Position numbers and translations under genes: made by a program. Positions 53,925 to 64,000 of a stretch of DNA of 64,000 nucleotides are shown here, in pieces. Under the pieces are notes generated by a model. The model was not told where the DNA came from. It saw only the letters and a list, made by a program, of their open reading frames with translations, and did not search any database. The first letter of the stretch is position 1. Every line of letters begins with the position of its first letter. The stretch is taken from contig JBAYUW010000003.1 of the NCBI GenBank assembly GCA_041674925.1, positions 2,042-66,041 on the forward strand. Direction: 5' to 3'. This DNA is from Minisyncoccota bacterium. GTDB lineage: Bacteria > Patescibacteriota > Minisyncoccia > Phycocordibacterales > GWA1-40-21.

Positions 53925-54377
53925 TTGAAGATAGAAAACACAATGTCAAAAAATACGCATAAAAATTTAGGCTTTAGTTTACTCGAATTAGTTTTGGCGA
54001 TCGCGATTTTTTCTTTGGGCAGTATTGCCATGGCGACCTTGATTATTGATTCAAACTTGAGTACTAAAACAGCGATTGAGAGAACAGAAGCTTTGTTTTA
54101 TGCCAAAGAGGGTCTCGAAGCAACGCGATCAATCCGTGACAATGATTGGGCAGATTTGGAAACAGGAAATAAGGGTCTTAATTTTGAGGCAGAAGGGTCG
54201 TGGAGGTTCAATGGGGCTGCTTATGATTTAATTAGTGATGATAAATATACCAGAGTCATTGCTATTAGTGATTTATCAGCTGATACAAAACAAATTATTT
54301 CAACAATTACTTGGGATGTGACACCCTCCAGAGAAGCCAGTGTAAGTCTGACTACGATACTTGGTAATTGGAGATAA
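53925..54377 (+). CDS. minor pilin / pseudopilin
   Basis: N-terminal KNLG|FSLLELVLAIAIFSLGS. Confidence 0.6.
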   Translation: MKIENTMSKNTHKNLGFSLLELVLAIAIFSLGSIAMATLIIDSNLSTKTAIERTEALFYAKEGLEATRSIRDNDWADLETGNKGLNFEAEGSWRFNGAAYDLISDDKYTRVIAISDLSADTKQIISTITWDVTPSREASVSLTTILGNWR

Positions 54378-54622
54378 TCAGTTTTTTTTGTGATATAATT
54401 TATAAAATGAAAAAAGGCTTTACATTAATTGAAGCAGTTTTATATCTGGCGATTGCTGGTACGGTTTTGTATTTCATCAGCGGTTTTGCTTTTAATGTGA
54501 TCTTTGGTCGGGCGAAAATCGAGACAATCCAAGATGTCAACCAAAACAGTCGCTCGGTTTTGGATGAGATTAGTAATTCGGTTAGTGAGGCAATTGAAAT
54601 CAATGGTGTGGTCACCCAATAA
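54368..54622 (+). CDS. small pilin-like protein
   Basis: N-terminal KKG|FTLIEAVLYLAIAGTVL. 84 aa. Confidence 0.5.
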   Translation: MEIISFFCDIIYKMKKGFTLIEAVLYLAIAGTVLYFISGFAFNVIFGRAKIETIQDVNQNSRSVLDEISNSVSEAIEINGVVTQ

Positions 54623-55040
54623 AAAAAATAACCGAGGATTTTTAGTTTTAACTATGGTACTTTTGGTTAGTGCTGTGGTCTTAGCTGTGGGGGCGGGAAT
54701 TATGCTTCGTTCAATCGGCGAAGTCACTGAAACTTCAGATTCTGAAATGGCACTCAAGGCTTGGAGTACGGTCAACGCTTGTGGCGAAATTGCTGTACTC
54801 GAGCTTTCCACCACCACTAATAGTCGTGAAGGTTGGTCATATGGTGGTGACGTAGAAATCGATGTTGGAAATGATAATAATCCATGTTATATTTACCCTA
54901 TAGAAACTAGTGGATCAGCCAAAATTATCAAGGCTTCGTCAACGGTTTCTGATTTTACCAGAAAATTACTGATTGAAGTGGCGACAAATACCCCGTCTGT
55001 AATTATTAATTCTTGGGAGCTGGTAGCTGATTTTGAATAA
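54603..55040 (+). CDS. pilin-like protein (prepilin leader, no Glu+5)
   Basis: The ATG at 54603 gives MVWSPNKKNNRG|FLVLTMVLLVSAVVLAV. It overlaps the previous gene by 20 nt. The start is uncertain: an alternative ATG lies at about 54654. Confidence 0.45.
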   Translation: MVWSPNKKNNRGFLVLTMVLLVSAVVLAVGAGIMLRSIGEVTETSDSEMALKAWSTVNACGEIAVLELSTTTNSREGWSYGGDVEIDVGNDNNPCYIYPIETSGSAKIIKASSTVSDFTRKLLIEVATNTPSVIINSWELVADFE

Positions 55041-55045
55041 AACAT

Positions 55046-56338
55046 ATGAGTATAAAAAAGATTTTAAAAGATGCTTTGACGATTAAATTTGACCAAGCTT
55101 TTGGACTGGATATTTCCGATCGTTCGGTGGAAATCGTCGAGCTCGAGAAAGTCTTTCGTTTTTCAGTCAAGACTTACGGCCGAACAGAATTAGCCGAAGG
55201 AATAGTCTCGAACGGCCAAATTCTTGATGCTAATGCCTTAGCAGAAAAAATCAAAAGATTATTGAAAGATGTGAAACCAAAGAGGGTTTCAACGAATAAG
55301 GTGATTGTTTCTTTGCCAGAGTCTCAAGTCTTTATTCAGTGTTTTGTTTTGGATGCTAATTTGAAATCAAATGTCTTAAAGCAGGCTATTATTGATAAAG
55401 TTTCTTTATTGATGCCGATCGGCGTTGATAAGACTTATTGGGATTACGATGTCAAACCATTGCCCGATAAAAATAAAAAATTAATTATTTTTATTAGCGT
55501 GCCAAAAGATATTGCGACTGGTTATGTCAAATTCTGTAACTCGATTGGTCTCGAGGTAGTGTCTTTATGTGTTGAGTCCCTCAGTTTAGCGCGAGCTATT
55601 TTGAAGAAGTCAGACAAGCAAAGTTTGATTATGGATATAGGCGCGCACTCGACCAATCTCAGTTTTTTTGATAGTAATGACAAAATTAATATGTCTGTAA
55701 CTGTGCCAGTGGCTGGAGCGGATTTTACCGAGACGATCAAGGCTCGTTTGAAAATTGAAAATAACGAAGCTGAGTCACTCAAGGCTAAGTTTGGTATTAA
55801 AGATGTTAAGGAAAACAATATCCGCGAGATAATCATGCCGATGATTGAGGATATTCTAAAAGAAACCGAAGGGGCAATTAAATATTACGAAGAAACTTTT
55901 AAGCAAAAACTAGATGATATTTATTTGCTCGGGGGATCGGCTTTATTGCCTGGTCTTGTTGAATTAATTAAGGGCCGTTTGAAAAAAGAAGTTCAGGTAG
56001 TGAAAAATGGTAATAATATTAACTTAAACTCGTTTGGTGGAAAAGACAAAGATTTCTCTATTTTTGCCAACGTTATTGGTCTTGGTATGCTCGGTGCTAG
56101 CGGGGAATTCAAGGATTTAAACTTACTAAGGCAGATGCCGTCATCGGCGACAAACGCCGTCAATAAACTAAGCTTGTTTAATATGGGCTATCTAAGTCGG
56201 GTAAATACTATCAGAACTATTATCAATAACAAGTATATTTTGATCATCCTTGTCATCTTAATCGGTTTGATCTTTGCTATTCTGATTCAACAGGCTGAAA
56301 ACTATGGTTTCGCTTCAGTTTACAGTACTAGTCTATAA
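55046..56338 (+). CDS. pilM: PilM-like actin-fold ATPase with a C-terminal TM segment (PilM/PilN fusion)
   Basis: N-terminal FGLDISDRSVEIVELEK, PilM-like throughout, and a C-terminal hydrophobic helix YILIILVILIGLIFAILI. Confidence 0.65.
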   Translation: MSIKKILKDALTIKFDQAFGLDISDRSVEIVELEKVFRFSVKTYGRTELAEGIVSNGQILDANALAEKIKRLLKDVKPKRVSTNKVIVSLPESQVFIQCFVLDANLKSNVLKQAIIDKVSLLMPIGVDKTYWDYDVKPLPDKNKKLIIFISVPKDIATGYVKFCNSIGLEVVSLCVESLSLARAILKKSDKQSLIMDIGAHSTNLSFFDSNDKINMSVTVPVAGADFTETIKARLKIENNEAESLKAKFGIKDVKENNIREIIMPMIEDILKETEGAIKYYEETFKQKLDDIYLLGGSALLPGLVELIKGRLKKEVQVVKNGNNINLNSFGGKDKDFSIFANVIGLGMLGASGEFKDLNLLRQMPSSATNAVNKLSLFNMGYLSRVNTIRTIINNKYILIILVILIGLIFAILIQQAENYGFASVYSTSL

Positions 56339-56341
56339 TTT

Positions 56342-57520
56342 ATGGTTTATCAGCCAATCAAAACTTTCAAATATTTGCCAATGTTTTCGTTGTATTTCTT
56401 GGCAGTTTTATTGGCTTTTCATGTGGCTATTCCGGCCTATGTGAATTCCAGCTTTTTGGAAACTTTTGTCTCATCAGAATATGTCGGCCCAGTTTATGCT
56501 TTAGGTTCGATTCTTACCATTTTAGGTCTTTGGACTTTGCCCTTTATTCTAAGGCGCTTTGGTAACTATCACACAACCAATGTTTTAATTTTACTTGAAA
56601 TTATTGCTTTTGCCGGATTGACTCTGGCTAGTCGTGATTACGCTCTCACTGCTTTCTTTTTATTGGCGATCATGATCGGCTCGTTTATTTATTTTTCTTT
56701 CGACATTTTTATGGAGGGTTATTCTAAAGACTCTCAGACTGGCAAGATTAGAGGTACTTTTTTGACCTTAACAAATCTCGCCTGGGTTTTTGCTCCTATG
56801 ACCGCTGCTTTTCTTTTGCAGACAGAAAATTACCGTTTAATTTATCTTTGCCCTTTAATTCTCTTGTTCCCAATTCTCTTTATTACTCAACGCTTGCGTC
56901 GTTTTCATGATTCGCAGTATGTGGCTGTTCCGTTTCTTGTGACCGCTAAAGAAATTTTACACAATCGAAATATTCGGAATATTTTTTGGGTTGGTTTATT
57001 ACTTAGATTTTTTTATTCCTGGATGGTGATTTATACCCCAATCTATCTACATAAATATCTTGGTATTGCTTGGTCAGAGATTGGAGTCATTTTTGGTATT
57101 ATGCTGATTCCATTCATTCTTACCCCTTATCCCTTAGGTAAACTAGCTGATAAAAAGTATGGTGAAAAAGAGATGCTCATAATTGGTTTTATCGTCATGG
57201 CGATCTCAACTGCACTAGTCTCGTTTATTGATTCAACCAATATGATTGTCTGGGCGGGAATTTTGTTTGTCACCAGAATTGGTGCGAGCGTGATAGAAAT
57301 AATGTCAGAAACCTATTTTTTCAAAAAAGTTGGAAATGTTAATGCTAATATGATTGGTTTTTTTCGTACCGCCGGACCAATGGCTTATATTTTAGGACCG
57401 CTGTCAGCTACGGTTGTGTTGGTCTACACTAATCTTGATATGAAATACCTCTTCCTGATTTTAGGAATAATTATGCTTTTTGGTATTATTTTTAGCCTCA
57501 GAATAAAAGACACTAAATAA
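56342..57520 (+). CDS. MFS transporter
   Basis: About 12 TM segments with MFS-type short loops. 392 aa. Confidence 0.65.
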   Translation: MVYQPIKTFKYLPMFSLYFLAVLLAFHVAIPAYVNSSFLETFVSSEYVGPVYALGSILTILGLWTLPFILRRFGNYHTTNVLILLEIIAFAGLTLASRDYALTAFFLLAIMIGSFIYFSFDIFMEGYSKDSQTGKIRGTFLTLTNLAWVFAPMTAAFLLQTENYRLIYLCPLILLFPILFITQRLRRFHDSQYVAVPFLVTAKEILHNRNIRNIFWVGLLLRFFYSWMVIYTPIYLHKYLGIAWSEIGVIFGIMLIPFILTPYPLGKLADKKYGEKEMLIIGFIVMAISTALVSFIDSTNMIVWAGILFVTRIGASVIEIMSETYFFKKVGNVNANMIGFFRTAGPMAYILGPLSATVVLVYTNLDMKYLFLILGIIMLFGIIFSLRIKDTK

Positions 57521-57522
57521 TC

Positions 57523-59418
57523 TTATACTCCAATAATAACCGGGATGACCATCGGTCTTTTGGCGGTTTTTTGAAAGAGATATTTACTAATCGCATCAGC
57601 GACATTGTTTTTAACATAATCAAAGTCAATTGGCTTCATACCCGCGGCACTCGTTTCAATTGTCTTTTTAATTATATTTCTAGTTTCATTGAGTAGCTCT
57701 TGTGATTCACGAAGATAGACGAAGCCACGAGAAATAATATCGGGAGATTTCTTTAAACGACAGGTGGTGGTATTGATGCTTGCAATAATAACAAACATTC
57801 CGTCTTGAGCCAGCATTTGACGATCGCGAATAACCACATCTTGAACATCACCGATTGAAAAACCATCCACCATCACCAAGCCCGATGGCGCTTTTTCCTT
57901 TAAAACGTGAATTTTTAAGCCTTTTTCACCCTCACTGATTTCGACAATATTACCATTATCCGGCACGATCACATTTTCTCTGGGTTTGCCAAGCGAAACA
58001 GACAATTCGGCATTCATTTTCAGCATAAAGTGCTGACCATGAACGGGCATAAAAAACTGATGAGGAATTTGTTTTTGAATCCAAGCTAATTCTTCACGCT
58101 TACCGTGTCCGCCGGCATGCACGTCGGTTTCGTAATAAGTAATGATTTTAGCATCATGTCGGTAAAGATTGTCTTTTAATCCAGCAATCGCTCTTTCATT
58201 GCCAGGAATGACTGATGAAGAAAGGATAACCGTATCAGTTTTATTTAGTTTAATCTGCTTGTGTGAATTGTTGGCAATACGCATCAAAGCCGCGAATTCT
58301 TCACCTTGAGCTCCGGTCGCCAGGAACATTAATTTATGTGGGGGATAGTCGGCGATATCTTCGACGGGAATAATGTGTTCGACATCAGCCAGTTTCAGGA
58401 ATTTAATAATTTCGACATTGTTCTTCATACTGCGTCCTTCGATCACTAATTTCTTGCCATACTTTTTGGCCATATTGATGAAGTGAATAATACGTTCGAC
58501 TTGTGAGGCAAAAGTCGCGATGATAATTCTACCAGACACTTCACTCACAATCTTATCAATTGTCTTTACCACCTGATTTTCAGAAATCGTCCAACCTGGC
58601 TTTTCTACTCCAGTCGAATCCATGGTGAGTAAGATCACATTACGCTCTTTAAAGAATTTATATTGCTCGTATTCTTCCTCTGATACTATTCCTCCCTCAT
58701 TTTCCACCCGCACGTCACCAGTGTTCACAATATCACCAAGTGGGGTGTTGATAATCACTCCTGTTGAATCAGGAATTGAGTGAGTAATGCCAAAGAACTT
58801 TAATTTTAAATCTGGTGTCAAAGGAATAAAACCATCATCTTTACCGCAAATCTTGATATTTAATTCTGGCAAGTGCGGAAATTCTGTTTGTCTTTTTTTA
58901 ATGAGTAAAGCTCCGAATTCACGAGTATAAATTGGTGGGTTACCAAGTTTTTCTATCAAATAGGGAATACCGCCGATATGGTCCAAGTGTCCGTGAGTGA
59001 TCACCAAAGCGCGGATCTTACCCTTTCTCTCTTCTAAATATTTAGTATTTGGCAAGATATAATCAATACCAGGAGTCTCCTCTGTCTTAAACTGGATACC
59101 AGCGTCAATGACGATAATATCATTTTTATATTCTACCGCCATCATATTTTTTCCGATTTCCTCGACTCCACCAAGGGGAATAATCCGAACAGTTTTTTCT
59201 TTTAGGGTTGGGACAACATCTTCGAATTTTTTGTGAGTGCTCGGCCCGTGTTTTTTGGCCGGAGCCATTCGACGATTATTTTTTAGGCTTCTTTTGGCAT
59301 TATGCTGAAGGCCGGGCATGGTTGAATTATGCGCTGGTCTAGCGGTTTGTCGTAATATTGTGCTATCAGCGTGAAAAGGAGCTGAACGTCGTCTCTCGTT
59401 GTTATTAGGGGTTATCAT
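57523..59418 (-). CDS. rnj: ribonuclease J (beta-CASP metallo-beta-lactamase RNase) with a basic N-terminal extension
   Basis: Zn-binding VITHGHLDHIGG (HxHxDH). Beta-CASP and RNase J C-terminal domains. The N-terminal about 70 aa are Arg/Lys-rich. Confidence 0.85.
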   Translation of the reverse strand: MITPNNNERRRSAPFHADSTILRQTARPAHNSTMPGLQHNAKRSLKNNRRMAPAKKHGPSTHKKFEDVVPTLKEKTVRIIPLGGVEEIGKNMMAVEYKNDIIVIDAGIQFKTEETPGIDYILPNTKYLEERKGKIRALVITHGHLDHIGGIPYLIEKLGNPPIYTREFGALLIKKRQTEFPHLPELNIKICGKDDGFIPLTPDLKLKFFGITHSIPDSTGVIINTPLGDIVNTGDVRVENEGGIVSEEEYEQYKFFKERNVILLTMDSTGVEKPGWTISENQVVKTIDKIVSEVSGRIIIATFASQVERIIHFINMAKKYGKKLVIEGRSMKNNVEIIKFLKLADVEHIIPVEDIADYPPHKLMFLATGAQGEEFAALMRIANNSHKQIKLNKTDTVILSSSVIPGNERAIAGLKDNLYRHDAKIITYYETDVHAGGHGKREELAWIQKQIPHQFFMPVHGQHFMLKMNAELSVSLGKPRENVIVPDNGNIVEISEGEKGLKIHVLKEKAPSGLVMVDGFSIGDVQDVVIRDRQMLAQDGMFVIIASINTTTCRLKKSPDIISRGFVYLRESQELLNETRNIIKKTIETSAAGMKPIDFDYVKNNVADAISKYLFQKTAKRPMVIPVIIGV

Positions 59419-59419
59419 C

Positions 59420-61153
59420 TTAAATTATAAAGTTCCAAACTCTATCAGTCTCAATATACCATTGATGAACCGATTCGAATCTTTCACTTCGATTATTAAT
59501 AAAACCAGATTCAAAACCTTGAATCTTTGTTGGTAAAACATAAACAAATTCTGGTGAGTAAATAAAAACGGCTGGTAAGTCATTTTTTATTTCCGACACC
59601 ACTTGAGCATACTTTTTTAGTCGTTCATCTTTATTAGAAATTTGTCGAGCACTTTCCAAGAGGGTGTCTACCTTGCTATTGGTATACATCGCCACATTGT
59701 AGCCGGTGTTTCTTTGTGAAGAGTGCCAAAAAGCAAATAAATCTAGACTACGATTAATTATCTCACCAAAAAGTAGAGCGTCGTACTTCCTTTGGGCGAT
59801 AACTGTTTGGTTTAGATCAGTCGGATCAAAAGTCTGGACTTCGACTGGCACACCCAATCGTCCCCAATCTTCTTTCAGAATCTCGGCTGTTTTTTTCAAA
59901 TCATTAGTATTGGCCGTGGCAATTGAAAAAGCTAATTTTTCGGTTTCAGTTTTGGCTTTTTTCTTTTCCCAAACCTGTCCTTCTTCGTTATATTTCCAAC
60001 CCGCCTTAACTAGAATACTTTTTGCTTGCTCTATAGCTTCATCACGGTTATAGGTCGTGGTTGCAATATTTTCAGACAAGATACCGTTTGGTAATGGGCC
60101 GGTAATTTTTTGACCATAATCACCGAGAACTTCGCTGACAATTCGGTCACGATCGACGGTTAAATCCAAGGCCTGGCGCACTTCTTTATTTAGAAAAACT
60201 TTTGCTTGATTTTGATTAAAGAAAACTCCAAAGACGCGGGGAAGAGAAATTTGTTCTTGCTCCAGCTCTACTTTTTTGTCCAAAGCATCAAGACTTTGTG
60301 GTGAGAGGACACTGGTACTCTCGATTTTGCCAGCTGTAAAAGCCTCCGTTAAACTTTTTTCGTTGGGATAAAAATTGAATTTAATATTATCAATATAGGC
60401 TTTTCCCAGGGTGTAATCGTCAAAAGCTTTTAGTTCGTAGTAATTAGGAATACCAGAACTGTTTCGATTTATTTTTTCTACTTCATATGACCCTGAGCCG
60501 ATTGGTTCGGTATTGTAAGGACTAAAAGGGAACTCTTCAGTGTTGGCACTAGACCAGATATGCTTTGGTAAGATACCCAAGGTCGTGTTTTCCAAAAAAG
60601 GTGAATAGGGTTGCTTGAGCTCGAAAGAGACTTCCATATCGCTCACCTTGTGAACAGTCACATCAATCCAGTTGTTCTTCTTGGGACTGCGCAAGGTATT
60701 ATCCTGCACCATATTAATAGTATAAACAATATCATCGGCGGTAATCTTGGCTCCGTCGTGAAAAACAGCATCGCTCTTAATTTTAAAATTATAAGTTAAA
60801 CCGTCCTCAGAAATCGTATAGCTTTCAGCTAAATCAGGGACAAGGTCACCAGTTGGGGTGGCCCGCATCAGACCGGAATAAATTAAATAAGTTAGATCGC
60901 GATCAGCATCCGACAACTCTAAAAGGGGATTAATAAAACGAGGTGAACCAATTATACCCTCAGTCAATGAACCACCGCGTGCTGGGACTTTGGTTGTGAA
61001 TTGGCTATTTACTCTGCCAAATAAATTAAAACTCGCCCAGATCAAGATTAAAGCCAGAATGGTAAAGATAATCTTTTCTGTAAGATTGAAAGATCGAAAT
61101 ATTTTATTGAAATTGACAACTTGTCGCGTATAGAGATTTTTAATTTTTGACAT
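59420..61153 (-). CDS. ABC transporter substrate-binding protein, family 5 (oligopeptide/nickel type)
   Basis: N-terminal TM/signal, 577 aa, SBP_bac_5-like organisation. No transporter partners adjacent. Confidence 0.7.
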   Translation of the reverse strand: MSKIKNLYTRQVVNFNKIFRSFNLTEKIIFTILALILIWASFNLFGRVNSQFTTKVPARGGSLTEGIIGSPRFINPLLELSDADRDLTYLIYSGLMRATPTGDLVPDLAESYTISEDGLTYNFKIKSDAVFHDGAKITADDIVYTINMVQDNTLRSPKKNNWIDVTVHKVSDMEVSFELKQPYSPFLENTTLGILPKHIWSSANTEEFPFSPYNTEPIGSGSYEVEKINRNSSGIPNYYELKAFDDYTLGKAYIDNIKFNFYPNEKSLTEAFTAGKIESTSVLSPQSLDALDKKVELEQEQISLPRVFGVFFNQNQAKVFLNKEVRQALDLTVDRDRIVSEVLGDYGQKITGPLPNGILSENIATTTYNRDEAIEQAKSILVKAGWKYNEEGQVWEKKKAKTETEKLAFSIATANTNDLKKTAEILKEDWGRLGVPVEVQTFDPTDLNQTVIAQRKYDALLFGEIINRSLDLFAFWHSSQRNTGYNVAMYTNSKVDTLLESARQISNKDERLKKYAQVVSEIKNDLPAVFIYSPEFVYVLPTKIQGFESGFINNRSERFESVHQWYIETDRVWNFII

Positions 61154-61189
61154 AAACTAAATGACGAAATAGAAAATGATAGATTGCGA

Positions 61190-61444
61190 TTATTTTAGAA
61201 CCAGAACAGCAATGGAGGACAGTGCAAAGAGGATTGCAATTGCGATTGTAAAGATGAAAAGCTTTTGTTCAAAACCACGACGAGTATGAAAGCCGGAGGC
61301 GAAATTGTCGTTACCACCAAAAGAACCACCGACACCAGCTTCGGATTTCTGCATCAAGATAGCGGCGATCAAAATCACAGATAAAACTATCTGAATATAG
61401 GGTAATATACCAATCAAACTTGTCATTAAGATAGAGTATAGCAC
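61190..61444 (-). CDS. secG: preprotein translocase subunit SecG
   Basis: 84 aa with two TM segments and the Gly-rich loop GVGGSFGG. Confidence 0.75.
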   Translation of the reverse strand: MLYSILMTSLIGILPYIQIVLSVILIAAILMQKSEAGVGGSFGGNDNFASGFHTRRGFEQKLFIFTIAIAILFALSSIAVLVLK

Positions 61445-61523
61445 AGTGTCATTTTATTGCAACTTGTGGTATACTGTTACCCAGTCGGAAAAGACGCCTT
61501 TAATATTATTTAATTTAAAATTT

Positions 61524-62078
61524 ATGAGCTTAATTTACATTTTGATTGGTATTATAGTCTTGTTGGTCTTGTGGATAGTTTTTGCCTATAACCGCTTTAT
61601 TGTCTTGATCAACCGCGCCAAAGAAGCTTGGTCTGATATTGATGTACAGCTTAAAAGACGCTATGACCTTATTCCTAATTTAGTTAATACCGTGAAGGGT
61701 TATGCCACCCATGAAAGCAGTACCTTTGATAAAGTTACTCAAGCTAGAACCGCCGCGATGGGCGCCTCGAATGTCGCTGACAAAGGGCAAGCCGAAAACA
61801 TGCTGACTGGTGCTTTGAAATCCGTCTTCGCTCTCGCCGAAGCTTATCCAGACCTAAAAGCCAATCAGAACTTCCTTTCATTACAGACAGAATTATCAGA
61901 TACTGAAAATAAAATTCAAGCCTCCCGTCGATTCTACAATGGTAATGTTCGAGACTTGAATATTGCGATTGAAGCTTTTCCAGGTAACCTTATCGCCGGC
62001 ATCTTCCACTTTGCGAAAATGGAATTGTTTGCTCTCGAAGAAGAAGCGGCCAAGAAACCAGTCGAAGTTAAGTTTTAA
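61524..62078 (+). CDS. lemA: LemA-family protein
   Basis: ATG at 61524. An N-terminal TM, then WSDIDVQLKRRYDLIPNLVNTVKGYATHE, typical of LemA. Confidence 0.8.
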   Translation: MSLIYILIGIIVLLVLWIVFAYNRFIVLINRAKEAWSDIDVQLKRRYDLIPNLVNTVKGYATHESSTFDKVTQARTAAMGASNVADKGQAENMLTGALKSVFALAEAYPDLKANQNFLSLQTELSDTENKIQASRRFYNGNVRDLNIAIEAFPGNLIAGIFHFAKMELFALEEEAAKKPVEVKF

Positions 62079-62084
62079 CCCTTA

Positions 62085-62966
62085 ATGTCAACCGTTTATA
62101 CCGAACAAGACAAAAATGTTCGACGCACTTGGTTTTTAATGACCATCTTTTTGGTCGTGATAATCGCTTTGGGCTATTTCATCAGTTATTATTATGCTGA
62201 TCCAAGCATTCTCTATATTGCCATTATTTTCAGTTTACTCATGAACGTCTTTAGCTATTGGTTTTCTGATAAAATAGTTTTGTCTCTGTCGCACGCCAAA
62301 GAGGCTAAACGCGAAGAATATACTGACCTGTATAATATAGTCGAAAATCTTTCCATCACCGCTGGTCTGCCAATGCCGAGAGTCTATGTTGTTCAAGATT
62401 CCGCTCCGAATGCTTTTGCGACGGGGAGGAATAAAGATCATGCCGTCGTCGCGGTCACGACCGGACTTCTAACGATTTTAAATAAAACAGAATTAGAAGG
62501 AGTGATTGCGCACGAATTGTCTCATATCGGCAATCGAGATATTTTACTTTCGACGGTCGTTGTTGTTCTTGTCGGTTTTGTATCAATTTTAGCTGATATT
62601 TTCTTACGGGGTAGTTCTGGTCGGGGGAGAAATAGTGACAGTAAGGCTGGAAATATTTTGATGATTGTCGGCGTGGTGCTAATAATCCTTTCACCGATTA
62701 TTGCTAAATTAATTCAACTGGCCATTTCTCGCAAAAGGGAATTCCTCGCCGATGCCTCCGGTGTCTTATTGACCCGTTATCCCGAGGGCCTCGCTTCAGC
62801 GTTACAAAAAATTTCCGGCGCCAATATTCCCATGCAAAACGCTCACACCGCCACGGCTCATCTTTTTATATCCAACCCCTTTGGTAACGCCGGCAAAAAA
62901 CTAACCACTCTTTTCAGCACCCATCCCGCGACGGAGGATAGGGTGAGGGCGCTGTTGGGGAAGTAA
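62085..62966 (+). CDS. htpX: M48-family zinc metalloprotease HtpX
   Basis: Two N-terminal TM segments, HELSHIGNRD (HEXXH), and a downstream E for the third ligand. Confidence 0.85.
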   Translation: MSTVYTEQDKNVRRTWFLMTIFLVVIIALGYFISYYYADPSILYIAIIFSLLMNVFSYWFSDKIVLSLSHAKEAKREEYTDLYNIVENLSITAGLPMPRVYVVQDSAPNAFATGRNKDHAVVAVTTGLLTILNKTELEGVIAHELSHIGNRDILLSTVVVVLVGFVSILADIFLRGSSGRGRNSDSKAGNILMIVGVVLIILSPIIAKLIQLAISRKREFLADASGVLLTRYPEGLASALQKISGANIPMQNAHTATAHLFISNPFGNAGKKLTTLFSTHPATEDRVRALLGK

Positions 62967-63017
62967 TTGGTATTGATAACTAGCTTGATATTTTTCTGAG
63001 TTGCTCAACGAGGTATT

Positions 63018-63770
63018 TTATTTGGTTTTTATTCCTAAAGTAGTAATTACTTCTCGATGTATGGTCAATTTACCGCCAGTTGAATATCTTTTGTAGAGAT
63101 CATAGAGTTCTTTCAGCATGTTTGGTCTTTTAGGTTTTGGAACCATGTGCCAAAAACTGAGAGACTGTATCAAAACCAAAGCTTCTTTGATTGAGTATTT
63201 TTCATCCAAATAAAAAGTGTTTTCTTTTATTTTCTTAAATCTATATTTCGTCAGTGAATCTCTCGGTTCATAATTTCTGGCACTGTTGAAATACTTACCA
63301 GCATACTTTCTCAATATTGATTTATAATTTTCATAAAAATCATCCCGATTCATACTTTGGCGGGTTTGTTTTAGGGCGGCAAAAAATATTCCTCCTGGTT
63401 TTAAAACTCTTTTAATTTCTTCAATAGATTTTTTATCTTCAAACCAATGAAAAGAAGTAAAGGCAGTAACTAAATCAAAATACTCTGAGGGAAAAGGGAG
63501 TTCATTGGCTGGGGCGGCGATATAAGTTATACCTTTGCTAGATGTTTTTGCCGTCTCAATCATTGCTTTATCTTTATCAGCTCCAGAAGTCTGAAATCCG
63601 TGTTTTTTCAGTTCCCGAGTCGATATTCCTGTCCCGCACCCAATATCCAAGGTGAGTGGTTTTTTGATTTTTGTGAAAGAATGAAGATAATCAAATAACT
63701 CTTTCGGATATCCTCTACGTCCTTTTACATATGCTTTACTTAATTTGCCGAAATTATTTGGAACATTCAT
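63018..63770 (-). CDS. class I SAM-dependent methyltransferase
   Basis: Motif I LDIGCGTGISTREL, followed by motif II/III acidic residues. Confidence 0.75.
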   Translation of the reverse strand: MNVPNNFGKLSKAYVKGRRGYPKELFDYLHSFTKIKKPLTLDIGCGTGISTRELKKHGFQTSGADKDKAMIETAKTSSKGITYIAAPANELPFPSEYFDLVTAFTSFHWFEDKKSIEEIKRVLKPGGIFFAALKQTRQSMNRDDFYENYKSILRKYAGKYFNSARNYEPRDSLTKYRFKKIKENTFYLDEKYSIKEALVLIQSLSFWHMVPKPKRPNMLKELYDLYKRYSTGGKLTIHREVITTLGIKTK

Positions 63771-63919
63771 CTTGTCTTTAAATTTAATTTAATCTTCTTA
63801 ATAAATTAAAACTTAGTCTCTTGAGTTGATTCATTGTGTCGAGCGCTCGGTTACAATGGCTATTATAGCATGCTTATTTAATATTTTATTTGAAGTGATA
63901 GTGTGTTATTATTTGGATT

Positions 63920-64000
63920 ATGGAGGAATTCAGCAAAAGAACCCTAGAAGACGGTGATGCTTTGTTAAAATGTACCTGTCCAACCTGTAAATGGAACGGC
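63920..64000 (+). CDS. 5' fragment of an ORF (CxC..C...C, possible zinc ribbon), cut by the window end
   Basis: MEEFSKRTLEDGDALLKCTCPTCKWNG, open to the window edge. Confidence 0.25.
   Translation, partial: MEEFSKRTLEDGDALLKCTCPTCKWNG

Noticed and set aside
54504-54602. The first 33 codons of the 54504 ORF-track entry
   Set aside because: That stretch overlaps the coding sequence of the preceding pilin-like gene (54368-54622) in another frame. A prepilin-type leader only begins at the ATG at 54603.

Overview
This 64 kb window is AT-rich and gene-dense, almost all on the + strand. The gene set suggests a small-genome, Patescibacteria/CPR-like bacterium: two type IV pilus systems, ComFC, SWIB- and SET-domain proteins, and an archaeal-type ProS. 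That assignment is inference only.

Housekeeping genes are ftsH (5' partial), recG, mgtC, ligA, gatCA, pyrD, prfB, ftsEX, proS, aroE (frameshifted), a proB-like kinase, tlyA, rnj, secG, lemA and htpX.

Two complete type IV pilus (competence-pilus-like) clusters are present. Cluster 1 is pilMNO, pilB, a REC-only regulator, pilT, pilC, two pilins, pilD and four minor pilins, and sits next to comFC. Cluster 2 is a pilin, pilB, pilC, a large pilin with FN3 and LamG domains, minor pilins and a PilM/PilN fusion.

I can support eight tRNA genes from the sequence. Two are interrupted in the anticodon loop by short insertions (203 and 181 nt) that carry group I intron core motifs: a tRNA-Asp-like gene and tRNA-Thr(GGU). 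The other six are an unusual tRNA-Ile(UAU), tRNA-Ser(GCU), two tandem CAU tRNAs of which the first is a non-canonical initiator-like tRNA, tRNA-Thr(CGU) and tRNA-Gln(CUG).

The accessory content is where the window gets interesting. The 3' end of mgtC is repeated three times as a direct repeat (about 36 bp, each keeping the reading frame and stop). The copies bracket two cassettes: two glycosyltransferases plus a Cys-rich secreted protein, and a SET-domain protein.

A second, unrelated ~29 bp element (consensus TTCCAACTTCATACCACACGACCAGC) occurs five times between co-directional genes across 38.8-43.3 kb. That stretch also holds two visibly G+C-rich promoter-ORF-terminator modules, one of them immediately downstream of tRNA-Gln.

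Two MazF/PemK-family toxin paralogues lie next to tRNA genes with no antitoxin. A membrane protein with a HEPN-like Rx4H motif sits beside the CAU tRNAs.

No rRNA, CRISPR array, transposase or integrase is visible. All coordinates were anchored on ORF-track boundaries; RNA features may be off by a nucleotide or two.
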